A stretch of DNA of 64,000 bases from the human T2T-CHM13v2.0 reference genome, Homo sapiens (GCF_009914755.1 NC_060926.1), one strand, 5' to 3'; shown: positions 19,999-39,808, counted from the first letter of the stretch. Translations and numbers: made by a program. Notes: generated from the sequence alone by a model not told the origin.

Positions 19999-22876
19999 CA
20001 AGATTCAAATAATCACAACCAGAAATGATAAGAGGGATATCATCACTGACCCCACAGAAATACAACTAACCATCAGAGAATACAAAAACACCTCTATGCA
20101 CATAAACTAGAAAATCTAGAAGAGATGGATAAATTCCTGGACACATACACCCTCCCAAGACTGAACAAGAAAGAAATTGGATCCCTGAATAGACCAATAG
20201 ACCAATAACTTGTTGTGAAGTTGAGACAGTAACAAACAACCTACCAACCAAGAAAAGCCCAGGATCAGATGGATTCACAGCTGAATTCTACCAGAGGTAC
20301 AAAGAAGAGCTGGGACCATTCCTACTGAAAATATTCCAAAACATTGAAAAGGAGGGACTTCTCCCTAACTCATTCATGAGGCCAGCATCATCCTGATACC
20401 AAAACCTGGCAGAGACACAACAACAACAACAACAAAAACACATCAGGACAATATCCTCGATGAACATCGATGCAAAAATCCTTAACAAAATACTGGTGAA
20501 CCAAATCCAGCAGCACATCAAAAAGCTTATCCACCATGATCAAGTTGGCTTCATCCCCAGGATGCAAGGTTGGTTCAACATACACAGATCAATAAATGTG
20601 ATTCATCACATAAACAGAAATGAAGACAAAAACCACATGATTATCTCAATAGATGCAGAAAAGCCCTTTGATAAAATTCAACATCCCTTCATGTTAAAAA
20701 CTCTCAATAAACTAGATATTGAAGGAACATAGCTCAAAATAATAAGGCCATTTGTGACAAAACCACAGCCAATATCATGCTGAATGGGCAAAAGCTGGAA
20801 GCATTCCTCTTGAAAACCAGCACAAGATAAGGATGCCCTCTTTCACTACTCTTATTCCACATAGTATTGGAAGTTCTGGCCAGGGCAATCAAGCAAGAGA
20901 AAGAAATAAAAGTATTCAGATAGGAAGAGAGGAAGTCAAACTATCTTTGTTTGCAAATGACATGATCCTATATCTAGAAAATCTTATCATCTCAGCCCAA
21001 AAGCATATTAAGCTAATAAGCAACTTCAGCAAAGTCTCAGGATACAAAATGAATGTGCAAAAATCACTAGCCTGTTGTTGGTGAACAACAGGCAAGCCAA
21101 GGGCCAAATCATGAACAAATTCCCATTCACAATTGCCACAAAAGGAATAAAATACCTAGGAATACAGCTAACAAAAACCACTGCTCAAAGAAATCAGAGA
21201 TGACACAAACAAATGGAAAAACATTCCATTCTCATGGACAGAAAGAATCAATATCTGAAAATGACCATATTGCACAAAGCAATGTACAGATTCAATGCCA
21301 TTCCCATTAAACTACCATTGACATTATTCACAGAATTAGAAAAAACTATTTTAAAATTCATATGGAACCAGAAAAGAGCCTGAATAGCCAAGACAATCCT
21401 AAGCAAAAAGAACAATGCTGGAGGCATTATGCTACCCAAACTATACTACAAGGCTACTACTTTGAGGCTACTATACTGCTTCAAACTATGCTACAAGGCT
21501 ATAATAACCAAAACAGCATGGTACTGGTACAAGAACAGACACGTTGACCATGGAACAGAATAGAAAACTCAGAAATAAGACCTCACACCTACAACCATCT
21601 GATCTTCAACAAACCTGACAAAAATAAGCAATTTTTTGCTTATTTTATTAAATAAATAAAAATAATCATTTATTAAAAGGATTCCCTATTTAATAAATGG
21701 TGCTGGGAGAACTGACTAGCCACACGCAGAAGATTGAAACTGGGCTCCTTCCTTATACCATATAAAAAATCAACTCAAGATGGATTAAATACTTAAATGT
21801 AAAACCAAAACTATAGAAACCATAGAAGAAAAGCTAGGCAATACCATTCAGGACATAGTCACGAGCAGATTTCATGACAAAAATGCCAAAAGCAATTGCA
21901 ATAAAAGCAAAAATTGACAAATGGGATCTACTTAAACTAAAGTTTCTGCAGAGCAAACGAAACTGTCATCAGAGTAGACAGACATCCTACAGAATGAGAG
22001 AAAATTTCTGCAATCTAGTCATCTGACAAAGGTCTAATATCCAGCATCTACAAGGAACTTAAACAAATTTACAAGAAAACAAACAAACAAACAAACCCAT
22101 TAAAGTAGGCAAAGGACAAGAACAGATACTTGTCAAAAGAAGACATACATGTAGCCAACAAACATGAAAAAAAAGCTCAGCATCACTAATCATTAGAGAA
22201 AAGCAAATCAAAACCACAAGAAGATACCATCTCACACCAGTCAGAATGGCCATTATTAAAAGTAAAAAACCAACAGATGCTGATGAGGTTGTGAAGAAAA
22301 AGGAACGCTTTTACACTGTTGGTGGAAGTGTAAATTAGTTCAAACATTGTGGAAGACAGTGTCGCAATCCCTCAAAGACCTACAGGCAGAAACGCCAATT
22401 GACTGAGCAACTCCATTACTGGGTATATACCCAAAGGAATATAAATCATTCTATTATAAAGACACATGCCTGTGTACATTCATTGCAGCACCATTCACAA
22501 TAGCAAAGACATGGAATCAACCTAAATGCCTATCAATGATAGACTGCACTAAGAAGATGTGGTACATACACAACATGGAATACTATGCAGCCATAAAAAG
22601 GAATGAGATTATGTCCTTTGCAGGGACATAGATGGAGCTGGAAGCCATTATCCTCAGCAAACGAACGCAGAAACAAAAAACCAAGTACTGCATGTTCTCA
22701 CTTAGAAGTGGGAGCTGAATGATGAGAACACATGGACACATTGGGGGGAACAGTGGGGAGTGGAGGGTAGGAGGAGGGAGAGCATCAGGAAGAATAGCTA
22801 AGGAGGAAGAGCATCAGGAAGAATAGCTAAGGGATGCTGGGCTTAATACCTAGGTGATGGGATGATCTGTGCAGCA
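19999..22876 (+). mobile_element. 5'-truncated L1PA (L1PA10-like) with disrupted ORF2 and 3' UTR, no poly(A)
   Basis: ORF 20460..20732 [12 protein letters not shown]...[30 protein letters not shown] is the L1 reverse transcriptase; frameshifts and stops are present; G-rich 3' UTR. Confidence 0.96.
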
Positions 22877-23006
22877 TGCTCAAGTATATAATACATTATT
22901 ATTAATATAGTCACCAAGATGTCTATTAAATCCCCAGAACCTATTCAATCTAAAACTTCGTACCCTTTGACCAACATCTCCCCTTTTCCCACCACCACCT
23001 AATACG

Positions 23007-23585
23007 TTTTTTTTTTGTTTGTTTTTGTTTTGAGACGGTTCACCATGCTGGCCAGGCTCGTCTCGAACTCCTGACCTCAGGTGATCCTCCTGCCTTGGCC
23101 TCCCAAAGTGCTGGGATTACAGGTGTGAGCCACTGTGCCCAGCCTACAATTTTTAAAGAGAAAGGATTGATAGTTTTTGCTGATTCTGTGTTTATCCTTT
23201 GTGTTTTAGTAAGTTACTACATATGCTCCTCAGCTATCACCTTTGGATTAAAGAGGTTTCACCTCTTGGGTTTTTTTTCCTACAATAGGTTTCTTAATTC
23301 CCTTATCATTTTGCATTTTTCTTCCTGAATCATGTCTAACTCCATTTCTTGCTCAGAATGGGGACTCACATATTGGTGGAACTGTTAAATTTTGAGAAAT
23401 AGCAACTAGCCCTCTATTAATATTCTGGGTGGAGAATTGCTTTGGCTTTTCTATAGGGGTTAGAGAACACTAACGCCTATAACTAACCCCTATAACACTA
23501 ACACTATTGCGCCACTGCACTCCAGTCTGGGCGACACAGAGAGACTCTGTGTCAAAAAAAACAATAAAATATAAAACAAAATAAA
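23007..23585. mobile_element. Reverse Alu left arm (23007-23145) and forward Alu 3' fragment (23508-23585)
   Basis: Alu consensus fragments. Confidence 0.88.
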
Positions 23586-24175
23586 TTATCCAGGAGTCAG
23601 ACCCTCCTATGGTTTTCTTGAGAAAGCCTTCCTTTAAAAAGCCCAGGGTTTTATTGGGTATCAGAAACTTACAACTTGTGTTACTTTTCTCCAGATACAA
23701 TAAACTCAACTAGCACTTGTATTTGCCACATCTTCTGGCAGCTTATCCTGACAGGTTTAACAGTTCTCTGGTAAGAAGTATCTAATAGCATCTGCAAACC
23801 GAGAGACCCAGCTGCCCTCTTCTTTCTGCTAGATCAATTATAAAAATGTTACACACGACTTGTCGGAGCACTCATTCCTCCAGGGCTCCATGGTTTACCT
23901 TTGAATGTCAGGATGAGCCCTTAAAACAATTATCCTGACGTCCTTCCTCTAAGCGCATCTGAAAGCCACAAGACTATCTTTCCAAGGCTACTCCCTCTCA
24001 ACCCCTCTCCCTTGCGTCTGAACCCCCATCCGAGGGGCTTTCTGAAAAGTGGAAAGGAGGGACGTTCACTGTTTCTTCAGCAGCATGGCATATTCACCTT
24101 CTCAAAGGACTCCAGCCAAATCCAGTTCCCTCTTCCAGAAGCCAAGCTGCCTTCTCCCTAAAAAGGCCATCTGCA

Positions 24176-24470
24176 GGCCAGGCGCAGTGGCTCACGCCCA
24201 TAATCCCAACACTTCCAAGGTGGGCGGATAACCTGAGGTCAGGAGTTGGAGACCAGGCTGACCAATATGGAGAAACCCCATCTCTACTACAAATACAAAA
24301 TTAGCCGGGCGTGGTGGCACATGCCTGTAATCCCAGCTACTCAGGAGGCTGAGGCAGGAGAATTGCTTGAACCCAGGAGGTAGAGGTTGCGATGAGCCGA
24401 GATTGAGGCACTGCACTCCAGCCTGGGCAACAAGAGAGAAACTCCATCTCAAAAATTAAAAAAAAATTTT
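24176..24470 (+). mobile_element. AluSp-like
   Basis: TSD aaaggccatctgc. Confidence 0.95.
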
Positions 24471-24849
24471 AAAAATTTATAAAGGCCATCTGCTGAAGCC
24501 TTTTGTAATGTATCCTTAGTATAGATTTTACCAGCATGCTCTGGGTAGAAATAAGATTTGCCAGACGGAAGTTTCCCAGACACTTTTTACACATGTTCTT
24601 AGGATGAAGATTCACTGACATCTGCCAGTCTTCTAATTTAGCGACCCTTTGAAACAAATGTTACATTCCACAAATTTAAATGTTAGCTTTTTCAAGCTTG
24701 CTGCATGCCATCCAGCCAAAATGGTGTAACTCAATCACTGTTCCGGATTTCATCCAGGGCCTGCTGGGCATTTATCACTAGGCCAGGCAGAAGGGGCCAG
24801 GAGGCGCCAGGAGGCAGTGGAATAGCTTGATTGTTAAGTGGGAAAACTT

Positions 24850-25400
<551 letters not shown>

Positions 25401-25760
25401 TATCCAGGGGCCAGCCCCTCACATTTATACTCCCATTTATCTTCATCAAGGCAGGCAAAAACAATCTCTGCTTCCCCATTCAGAATCATCCCATTACTAC
25501 CCCATTATTTATTTCACTAACAGTTTCCATGTTCTGATGGGAAGAGCCTCTGACAGCCATTTCACAGGTACCCCAGAAGGACATTCTTGGGAAACAACAA
25601 ACTATTTGCTGTCTAGCTGACTTACTTACCTTGTCTCCTTAATCGCCTGGTCTCATCAGTCACCTTTCCATTATTATTATTTAAATAATAAGTTTATCCC
25701 AGAAACAGCAGGGATATACTTAGAGATGAGTAATCTGGAGTTCCTTTCTTTTTCTCTTGA

Positions 25761-26186
<426 letters not shown>

Positions 26187-26684
26187 TGAGTGGCAGCAGC
26201 AGAATTTTGAATTTTGAGTTTTCACCTTCCCTGCTGATTCCTTAATTGTACTGCATTACTCCTCTAAGGTGAATCACTTTCACTCTTTTCCCACCAGTTT
26301 CTACGCACAGTCATAGCACCAGTTAGTGGGGATCGGAAGGCAGGTGTGGCCTGAACCAACTTCCCTCGTCTCTCTCTCCAGACCTCATGTCTTCATATCC
26401 AAATGCCTTTCACAGGCTTGGCAGAGGCAGGTAACATATTAAATAAGGGTAAAGATCAGCATCATACAATAGGGGGTGGAGGAGAGAGCAGCAACTATGA
26501 ATCACAAGCTCCAACGAAAGCCGCAGCCACAGCTCTGCCATAGTCAAGTGTGGCCAAGAAAAACATGTCAATCACTGTTGCTAAGTCTTCAGATTTTTTT
26601 CCCAAAAGCCTGAAATCTGGATGATTAGGTGAAATATTGGAGTTGTCTTAACGTTGTCAATTAATAATAATAAAACCTTGTTCA

Positions 26685-26995
26685 GGCTGACACAGCTCAC
26701 GCCTGTAATCCCAGCACTTTGGGAGGCTGAGGCAGGTGGGTCACCTGAGATCAGGAGTTCGAGACCAGCCTGGCCAACATGGCACAACCCCGTTTCTACT
26801 AAAAATACAAAAATTAGCCGGCCATGGTTATAGGCAGGTGCCTACAATCTCAACTACCTGGGAGGCTGAGGCAGAAGAATCACTTGAACCCGGGGGGCAG
26901 GGGTTGCAGTGAGCTGAGATCGTACCTCTTCACTCCAGCCTGGGCCAAAGAGCAAAACTCCGTCTCAAAAAAATAAATAAAATAAAATAAAATAA
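26685..26995 (+). mobile_element. Alu
   Basis: TSD aataaaaccttgttca. Confidence 0.95.
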
Positions 26996-27511
26996 AACCT
27001 TGTTCAAGCTAAACAAAGCACACTGTGTGTGGATGTGGTCTGCAAGCTCTGTTTGGCTGCAGGCCTCATTTGAGGCTGCTGAATCAGATGATAGCTGGAG
27101 TCCCTCATCGCACTAACACTCTACAGCTTTGCTTGGCTCAAGAGATTTCTCCTTTCTGTGGCTTCTGAGACTACCTATTTGAGGAAGTGGTCCTCTGACC
27201 CAAGAACCTCGCTTCTATATCTCAGCCGAATATTACTGTCAAATCTATTCTGAGGTCAAAGTCTCTCATTTACATATATACATCAAATGTCATAGGTTTT
27301 TTTTCCCCTCAAGATTGCCAGCTCAGGTTTCCATGATAAATGAGAGGAAAATTTACATAAAAAATTTAAATCTCCACAATCTCAGAATGTCATTTTTGGC
27401 CTGCTGTCAATCTCAGAATCTCAGGTAGGCCTGTCATGTCAGCCTTTTTCCTGAAATAAAATGTTGAAAAGACACTGGCCAACATATTTCAATTATTTTC
27501 CTAATCCTTGC

Positions 27512-27528
27512 ACACCATCTGGTGGCAG
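27512..27528 (-). promoter_or_regulatory. CTCF core motif
   Basis: Minus strand CTGCCACCAGATGGTGT, in apparently unique sequence. Confidence 0.5.
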
Positions 27529-27896
27529 AACTAGCTACTGTGAAATGTTCAGGGAAAGGCAAATTAAGTGGATCTGAGGGGGCAGAACAGAGCTAGGAAG
27601 AACAGGATAAGAGGAACAACAATAAGGGGAAAAAAATGGAATAACACAGAAACAAACTGTTGACATGTATTAAGTCCATGCCAGCTACAAGTAACCTGCA
27701 GAATAAAAGGTTAACTGCTATGAATTATTAAGTAGCCACTTACGTGAAATGTGAACATTCTCTCTATAAAGACAATTCCTCATAAAATTGTCTGTCTGTT
27801 ATCCATCCACCTGTATGGCACAGTAAAATTTAATGGAAGAAAAGAAGGAAGGAAGGATAGACAGGTAGTTACACTGAAAGGACAGAATAATCCACT

Positions 27897-28408
27897 TGCT
27901 ATGAATTGAATTGTGTCCCCTAAATTCATATGTTACAGTCCTAACCCCCCAGTACTTCAGAATTCAACTTTATTTGGACATAGATGTTGCAGCTGGGTGC
28001 AGTGGCTCATGCCTATAATCCTAGCACTTTGGGAGGCCAAGGTGGGCAGATCACCTGAGGTCCGGAGTTTGAGACCAGCCTGGCCAACGTGGTGCAGCCC
28101 CATCTCTACTAAAAATACAAAAATTAGCTGGGTGTGGTAGCTGGTACCTGTAATCTCACCTACTCAGGAGGCTGAGACAGGAGAATCACTTGAACCCAGG
28201 AGGCGGAGGTTGCATGGAGCGAGATTGCGCCACTGCACTCCAGCCTGGGCAACAAGAGTGAAACTCCATTTCAAAATAAAAAGAGAGAGAGGGAGATAAG
28301 AAATAGACATTGCAGATGTAACTTGTTAAGATGAGGTCATACTAGAGTAGGGTGGGCCCCTAGTTCATTGTCACTGGTGGACTCATATAAAAGGGAAATT
28401 CGGGCCTA

Positions 28409-28456
<48 letters not shown>

Positions 28457-28694
28457 CCACATGAAGGTGAAGGCAGAGATTGGGGTAATGCAACTGAAGC
28501 AAAGGTGCACCAAAGACTGCCCTTAAACCACCGCAAGCCAGGAGAAAGGCAAGCAACCCATTCTCTCTTGAGAGTTCCTAGAAGAAACCATTCTTGCCAG
28601 GCTTCTAGCCTCCAGAACTATGAGATGATAAATGTCAGTGTTTAGGCCACCCAGCTCATGGTACTTCCTTATGGCAGCTTAGCAAAGCAATCCA
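27897..28694 (+). mobile_element. MaLR LTR (MLT1B-like) interrupted by an Alu (27991-28290) and containing (CA)n at 28410-28452
   Basis: tgctatgaattgaattgtgtcccc...gttaagatgaggtcatactagagtagggtgggccc...ctagcctccagaactatgaga. Confidence 0.88.
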
Positions 28695-28989
28695 CCATAT
28701 ATCTCTGGCTTTGAATTTTATGCCTTTTATTTTTAATCTCAAAAATCATCACTGTTGTTTTCTATCTCATTACAATTCCATATTATAAAACCAGATCATC
28801 TACATTCCAAAGATAAAGTCAGCAGATTCCATTCAACTTAGCAAATATTTATTTAGTAGCTACCACAGTGAGGTATTTAAAATGAAATAATAACTCATTC
28901 CTAGACTCACAAAATTCTAGCATTAGAAAGGACAATAAAGCTGATTAGGTACAACACTTCTCATCCTAAAACTGAAGAAATCTTCTCAT

Positions 28990-30090
<1,101 letters not shown>

Positions 30091-30329
30091 AAGAAATCAA
30101 GGCCCAGAGACCTGGTGATTATACCTTCAGTGGTACAGTTTGAGGCAGAATTAAGATGATCTCCACATTCCCAGCCCAAGGCTATTTGCACTTAGCATCT
30201 GACACTTTTTCTCATCCACCAAAGCTAAAACCCCTACTGTTCATTTTTTCCAGTTATGCAAATAATTATAACCAGAGAAGTCTTTTGCTAATACCAGAGA
30301 CCTATGTATAACAGTCGATGGTTGACATA

Positions 30330-30540
30330 TGTAGGGCATGCGTCAGACACCATGGAAGAAGCACATTACACACAGTACTTCATTTAATCTTCCTCATAAC
30401 CATGAGAAGTAGATACTATTATTATTCCCACTTGATAAGGACTCTAGGGCTTAAAAAAGTTAAGTACCTTGTTCCAGATCGACGAGCTAGAAGGTTTCAG
30501 AGCTGGGCTTTGATTCCAGAGCCCATTCTCTTAACAGCAA
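30330..30540 (-). mobile_element. MIR
   Basis: catttaatcttcctcataaccatgagaagtagatactattattattcccac. Confidence 0.8.
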
Positions 30541-30662
30541 TGCAACATTGCCTCCTTGAGCAGAAAGCAAAGAGATATACGCTGGCACCAGTTAGACTGG
30601 CCTTGCCCACTTTTAAAGTCACTATGATATTGAACCACCCATATAATGAGAAGGTAGCTCTC

Positions 30663-31805
<1,143 letters not shown>

Positions 31806-32837
31806 AAGAGCTCTTAAACAACTTTAACAAATCACCGCACAAATCCCAAACGCACCAAAGCCCAACTCTTAATAGTGTACTTCACTTTCATTTACTCTGA
31901 AACATGTTGGATCACAGTGTGAAATAAATTGTTACCAGTCTCATCAGTGGTTTCAGGAAGGGGCATTTTCTCTGGAGTTTTGATCTACCCCATGGTTCAC
32001 AGTTCTCAAAAAAAATGTAACTTTCTGGAAACTAAATAATCTGGGAATATTTTTTGAACAACCAACCATTTTCTGTAGTGAAACTGCAATAAATCTATAT
32101 CCTGGGCTACATAAATCAATATATGGTAGAACCAAAGTAAGATTGTTTTTCCATTACTACAATTAACTTAATTGTGTTAAAATCTGAACATTTCTAGCAA
32201 TGAAAATTTCAGTATGGTTGATAGTACAGACCAACCTTTTCCTATGACTGCTTGAACCCTGTTGAAAGCCAAGTTTAAATTTTTATGATGTTATCAGATG
32301 TAAACAAACATAAATATATCTGCCAACAACTGAGTAAGAAGTGTTGTTTTTCTTCTTGTAAATTACTTCTACTTCATGAAGGCAATCCACCCCAGCTCCA
32401 AGATCTTCCATATTCAAGCAGGTCATAAATTTTCTTATAAATTCACTCTTTCAGAAAGTTAAAGCTTTATTCAAACTTAAATACAGCCAATTAATTTTTT
32501 AACTTATATGCAAGATGAGTCAAGAGGAGCTAAAATGGTATGCAAAATGCTATCAATTTCATGGCACAATTTTAGTGTTACTAAATGTTACTGCTCAAAA
32601 TTCCATATGTAATTGCTTTTTGCTTCTTGCAACAACTCATTGGTTTTTTCCTAACAGCATGGCACTTAGGATGGTGGTAAAGGTGATGTACTCAACGAAA
32701 ATTGTTCTTAAAAGTCCCAGGATGGCTGGTCATGTAATGCCTTTGTGATGAAAATTGTACACCTGAGTTTAGAAAATAATGTAGGAAATTTGAAGTCACT
32801 AAAACAAGGCAGAGGAACTATAAAGATGGAAGTATCT

Positions 32838-33127
<290 letters not shown>

Positions 33128-33618
33128 TTAATAATGAGTGCAATTTTCCTGACCTTTGAAAGGTGAAGTGGACAGCACAAATGTAAAGTGCAAGGATGAC
33201 TTTATTCAAACTTAAGTAGAATGTTGAATTATACAATCCACCCTACCCTGCATCTCTAATTTCACAGGCTGAACAATGCTCCTTTTCCAAAGAAAAAAAT
33301 GAGTGTGAATGAGAGTCAGGTAAAGCTAGACATGTGAACCTCCCAATTGATGGCTAGTTTCGTGCTCTTAAATTTAGGTCCTACCCCTGGCTCCAGCAAG
33401 ACAGAAGCCACCAGCCAGGCAGTGGCTGAGCACAGATCCCACACCCTCCAAAGTAGCAGCTACAGATCTTTGCTGCCAACCTGGGGATGTACCCACTAAT
33501 TAATTTCACAATGCACCCTCAAGTAAGCACACTTGCTTTGCCAATGCCAGAATTTCCTTTCTTCTAGTTTTCCAGGTCATTGATTATAATGACAGGAAGA
33601 TAGAAAAGATGAGGATCA

Positions 33619-34708
<1,090 letters not shown>

Positions 34709-35372
34709 TTATAACATGCAATGCTACACTTCTGATGTCAAGATAAAATTTAGCCTCAAAATTTATTCTGCTAAATCATCCACCAGGTACTTTATATATT
34801 TATCCAACACCATTCTAATTTACTTTAACAAATAAGTGCTAAAGCCTTATTATAGTTCAGAACTATGTCTAACTTCTTATACGTCTTAACGTGTTTTGAA
34901 ATAGCTGGCATTTCTTAAAGGTTGATCCTCAAACTGCTTTGCTTTGAAGTTTCAGTGAGTTTGGTTATTTTTTCCTTTTGCTTTATTCTTTTTTACCCAT
35001 GTATTATACATAATTATAATTTTCTCAGAACTTTTACAAATAATTATTATTCTGAGGTTAAATTTGAATATGTTCTGTGCCTTCACTAGGCTGAGTATAC
35101 CAGAAACCTCCATTCCTAACACTAATTGGCCAACTGCAGAAGCAAAAATGTCACAGGAGTTGGCACTCCACTAAGAAAACGTTTTACCAAATTACAAAGA
35201 GAAAGAGAACTAAAAAGAACATCAGACTCTCAACTTCTAGAAAAATAAATATAACGCCAAACTTGGGTCAAACACAAGAAAAACTGCATACCTCTCTGGC
35301 AGGCAGCCTTGTCAAGTCAAAAAGAAACTAGACAAGTTCCAGTGCAGTAGATGACCACGTTTTCACTGTTGA

Positions 35373-35784
<412 letters not shown>

Positions 35785-36184
35785 ACAAAGGATTATTTTT
35801 ATGTCATTTTAGCTGTATATGACATAATTTAGATTGTCCTTTTATTTTCTTACAGTCAGAAGTTACCTTTATACTTTCAATATTTAGAATATGTATACAT
35901 TCTTATAGATAAAAACATATACCTGTGTGTGTGTGTGTGAGAAAGTGAGATCATAAACTTTCTTTTTGAGGTCCTAATTATTTCAGCCTTGTTCATGTTT
36001 ATCTTTATAACATCTTAAGAAGAAAATTAATAGAATAAACAACATTGCAATGGCTCTCCCAGAGCATAATTTCAGGTGGTTTTTTCTACATTTCTGTTTT
36101 TTTTCTAAATTTTCTACAATAATTATGCATTACTGTCATAATTTTTTAAAATTTAATTAAAGATTGCTAGAGAAATACAAAATA

Positions 36185-36480
36185 GGCTGGGCACAATGGC
36201 TCACCTCTGTAATTCCACCCTTTGGGAGGCCAAGGTGGGAGGATTGCTTGAGCCTAGGAGTTTGAGATCAACCTGGGCAACATGGCGAAACCCCATCTCT
36301 ATTAAAAATACAAAAATTTAGACAGGCATGGTGGTGCACACCTGTAGTCCCAGCTACTCAGGAGGCTGAGGCAGGAAGATCGCTTGAGCCTGGGAGATAG
36401 AGGTTGCAGTCAGCCATGATCATGCTACTGCACTCCAGCCTGGGTGACAGAGTAAGACCCTGTCTCAAAAAAGAGAGAGA
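36185..36480 (+). mobile_element. AluJ-like
   Basis: Alu consensus; TSD agagaaa(aa)tacaaaata. Confidence 0.92.
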
Positions 36481-36681
36481 CAGAGAGAAAAATACAAAAT
36501 ACAGTAGCTACTCCAATACAGGAAGGGAAGAACTGGGCTTTCTGGAATTCTGGACAGCTAGAAATAGATATTATTCAGGGACATCACCTCAACACACTCC
36601 ACTCAATAAAATAGGGCTTTGTTGATACTGGGTTTGGGTTGAGAAAGAGCCCAGTATTTGCAAGCATTCTTTTAATCAGAG

Positions 36682-37411
<730 letters not shown>

Positions 37412-37871
37412 TGATATGGTCAGCACTGAGCTTCAAGGTTCAACGAGAACCCTATCCTGCTCAACAACATCATTGGCAGACATGAGGCAACATTAACTCG
37501 GCAGGCCCAGAGAAGCTGCGCTGCAGAGAACTGCCCCACTCCTCTGCGAGGGCCCCTCCCTTCTGACAGGCTTAGAACTCTAGGCTAAGTAATGGGGATT
37601 GAATCCAATGCTACATGTTAGGGTGGGGATGGTATTTTTTTGGTCAATCCATAAATTACCTGAAACACTGCAGAAGAAAGGACTCTTTCCAATCACTTTT
37701 ATGTTAGAAAGTTGCAGAATGTATCATTCCTAATTTTAAATGACCCATCTTTGCATTAGGCAGACCTAAACAGACCTCTAATTTTTGATTCTCTGTAGCA
37801 TATTGACTAGAACACACTAGACTAATGCACTAGAAAACAATCTGGCAACTAAATTTCCTTATAAATACTCA

Positions 37872-38243
<372 letters not shown>

Positions 38244-38562
38244 TTAAGAACATTATAACAATTTCTTCAACAATTGCTCCCTTACAATCTGTTATTAATA
38301 TAATAGTTAGATTTGTCTTTGGTCAGAGCAGGTCACTCCCCTGCACAAAACTTCTCTCCAGGAAAGAGCCAAATCCTCACCATGGCCTGCAAGGCCATAC
38401 TCAACATGCCCCCTCACGACCTCTGAAATCATCTACTCTTCCCTTCGCTCACTGGACCACAGGGTCTTTGCACCAGCTATGCCTTCTGCTCAGAACACTT
38501 CCCCCAGATATCTCATGGGCCCCTCCCTTACCCCCATTGAATCTGTTCAAAACCCCACTTCT

Positions 38563-38865
38563 GGCTGGGCATGGTGGCTCACACCTATAATCCCAGCACT
38601 TCGGGAGGCCAAGGCGGGCAGATCACTTGAGGTCAGGAGTTCGCGACCAGCCTGACCAATATGGTGAAACCCCGTCTCTACTAAAAATACAAAAGTTAGC
38701 CGGGCATGGTGGCAGGTGCCTGTAATCCCAGCTACTCGGGAGGCTGAGGCAGAGAATTGCTTGAACCCGGGAAGTGGAGGTTGCAGTGAGTCGAGATCGC
38801 GCCACTGCACTCCAGCCTGGGGGACAGAGTGAGACTCCGTTTCAAAACAAAAACAAAAACAAAAA
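38563..38865 (+). mobile_element. AluS-like, inside an L2 fragment
   Basis: Full Alu; flanks show L2 text (gccaaatcctcaccatggcctgcaaggcc). Confidence 0.94.
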
Positions 38866-38924
38866 CTCCTTCTTACTTAGTAAGGCCTACCCTGACCACC
38901 CTATATAAAATGCACCGTTTCACC

Positions 38925-39225
<301 letters not shown>

Positions 39226-39511
39226 TATTTTACTTTTTATGTATTGCCATTATTCTACACTCTACAATATGAGCTCCATGGGGCAATGATGTTTGTCCCT
39301 CACAGTTATGGGGAGAAGCCTCTACTCAAAGTTAAGTGGCTTATTAAACTGTTCAGGACAAGAATCTGGGGATCCTGACCTCAAACACAGTTGTCTTCTG
39401 ACAAAAGCAAAACACGGCTGACCCAGTGAAAATTTAGACTAAGTGGCTTAATATATGACAGGGGAAAATAAAAAGACACCTGATCCCACACCCACCCCTC
39501 TCTCTTTTGTA

Positions 39512-39808
39512 ATTTTCTTTTTCTTTTTTTGAGACAGGGTCTCCATCTATCACCTAGGCTGGAGTGCAGTGGCACAATCACCACTCACTATAGCCTCAAC
39601 CTCCTGGGCTCGAGCCTCCCACCTCAGCCTCCCAAGTAGCTGGGACTACAGGCATGCGCCACCACACCAAGCTAATGTTTATATTTTTTGTAGAGACAGG
39701 GTTTTGCCATGTTGCCCAGGCTGGTCTCAAACTCCTGAACTCAAGCAATCCACCCACCTTGTCCTCCCAAAGTGCTGAGATTACAGGCGTGAGCCTCAGT
39801 GCCCAGCC
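39512..39808 (-). mobile_element. AluJ-like
   Basis: Reverse Alu. Confidence 0.92.

Noticed and set aside
20460-21547. ORFs with reverse-transcriptase motifs
   Set aside because: Fragments of a dead L1 ORF2 with stops and frameshifts; not a retron, DGR or other novel RT system.
24793-24820. Tandem CCAGGAGGC CTCF-like words
   Set aside because: They lack the 5' CC of the core motif; weak matches.
25621-25720. Consensus minus-strand donor AAG|GTAAGT at 25630
   Set aside because: No convincing upstream acceptor with a polypyrimidine tract.
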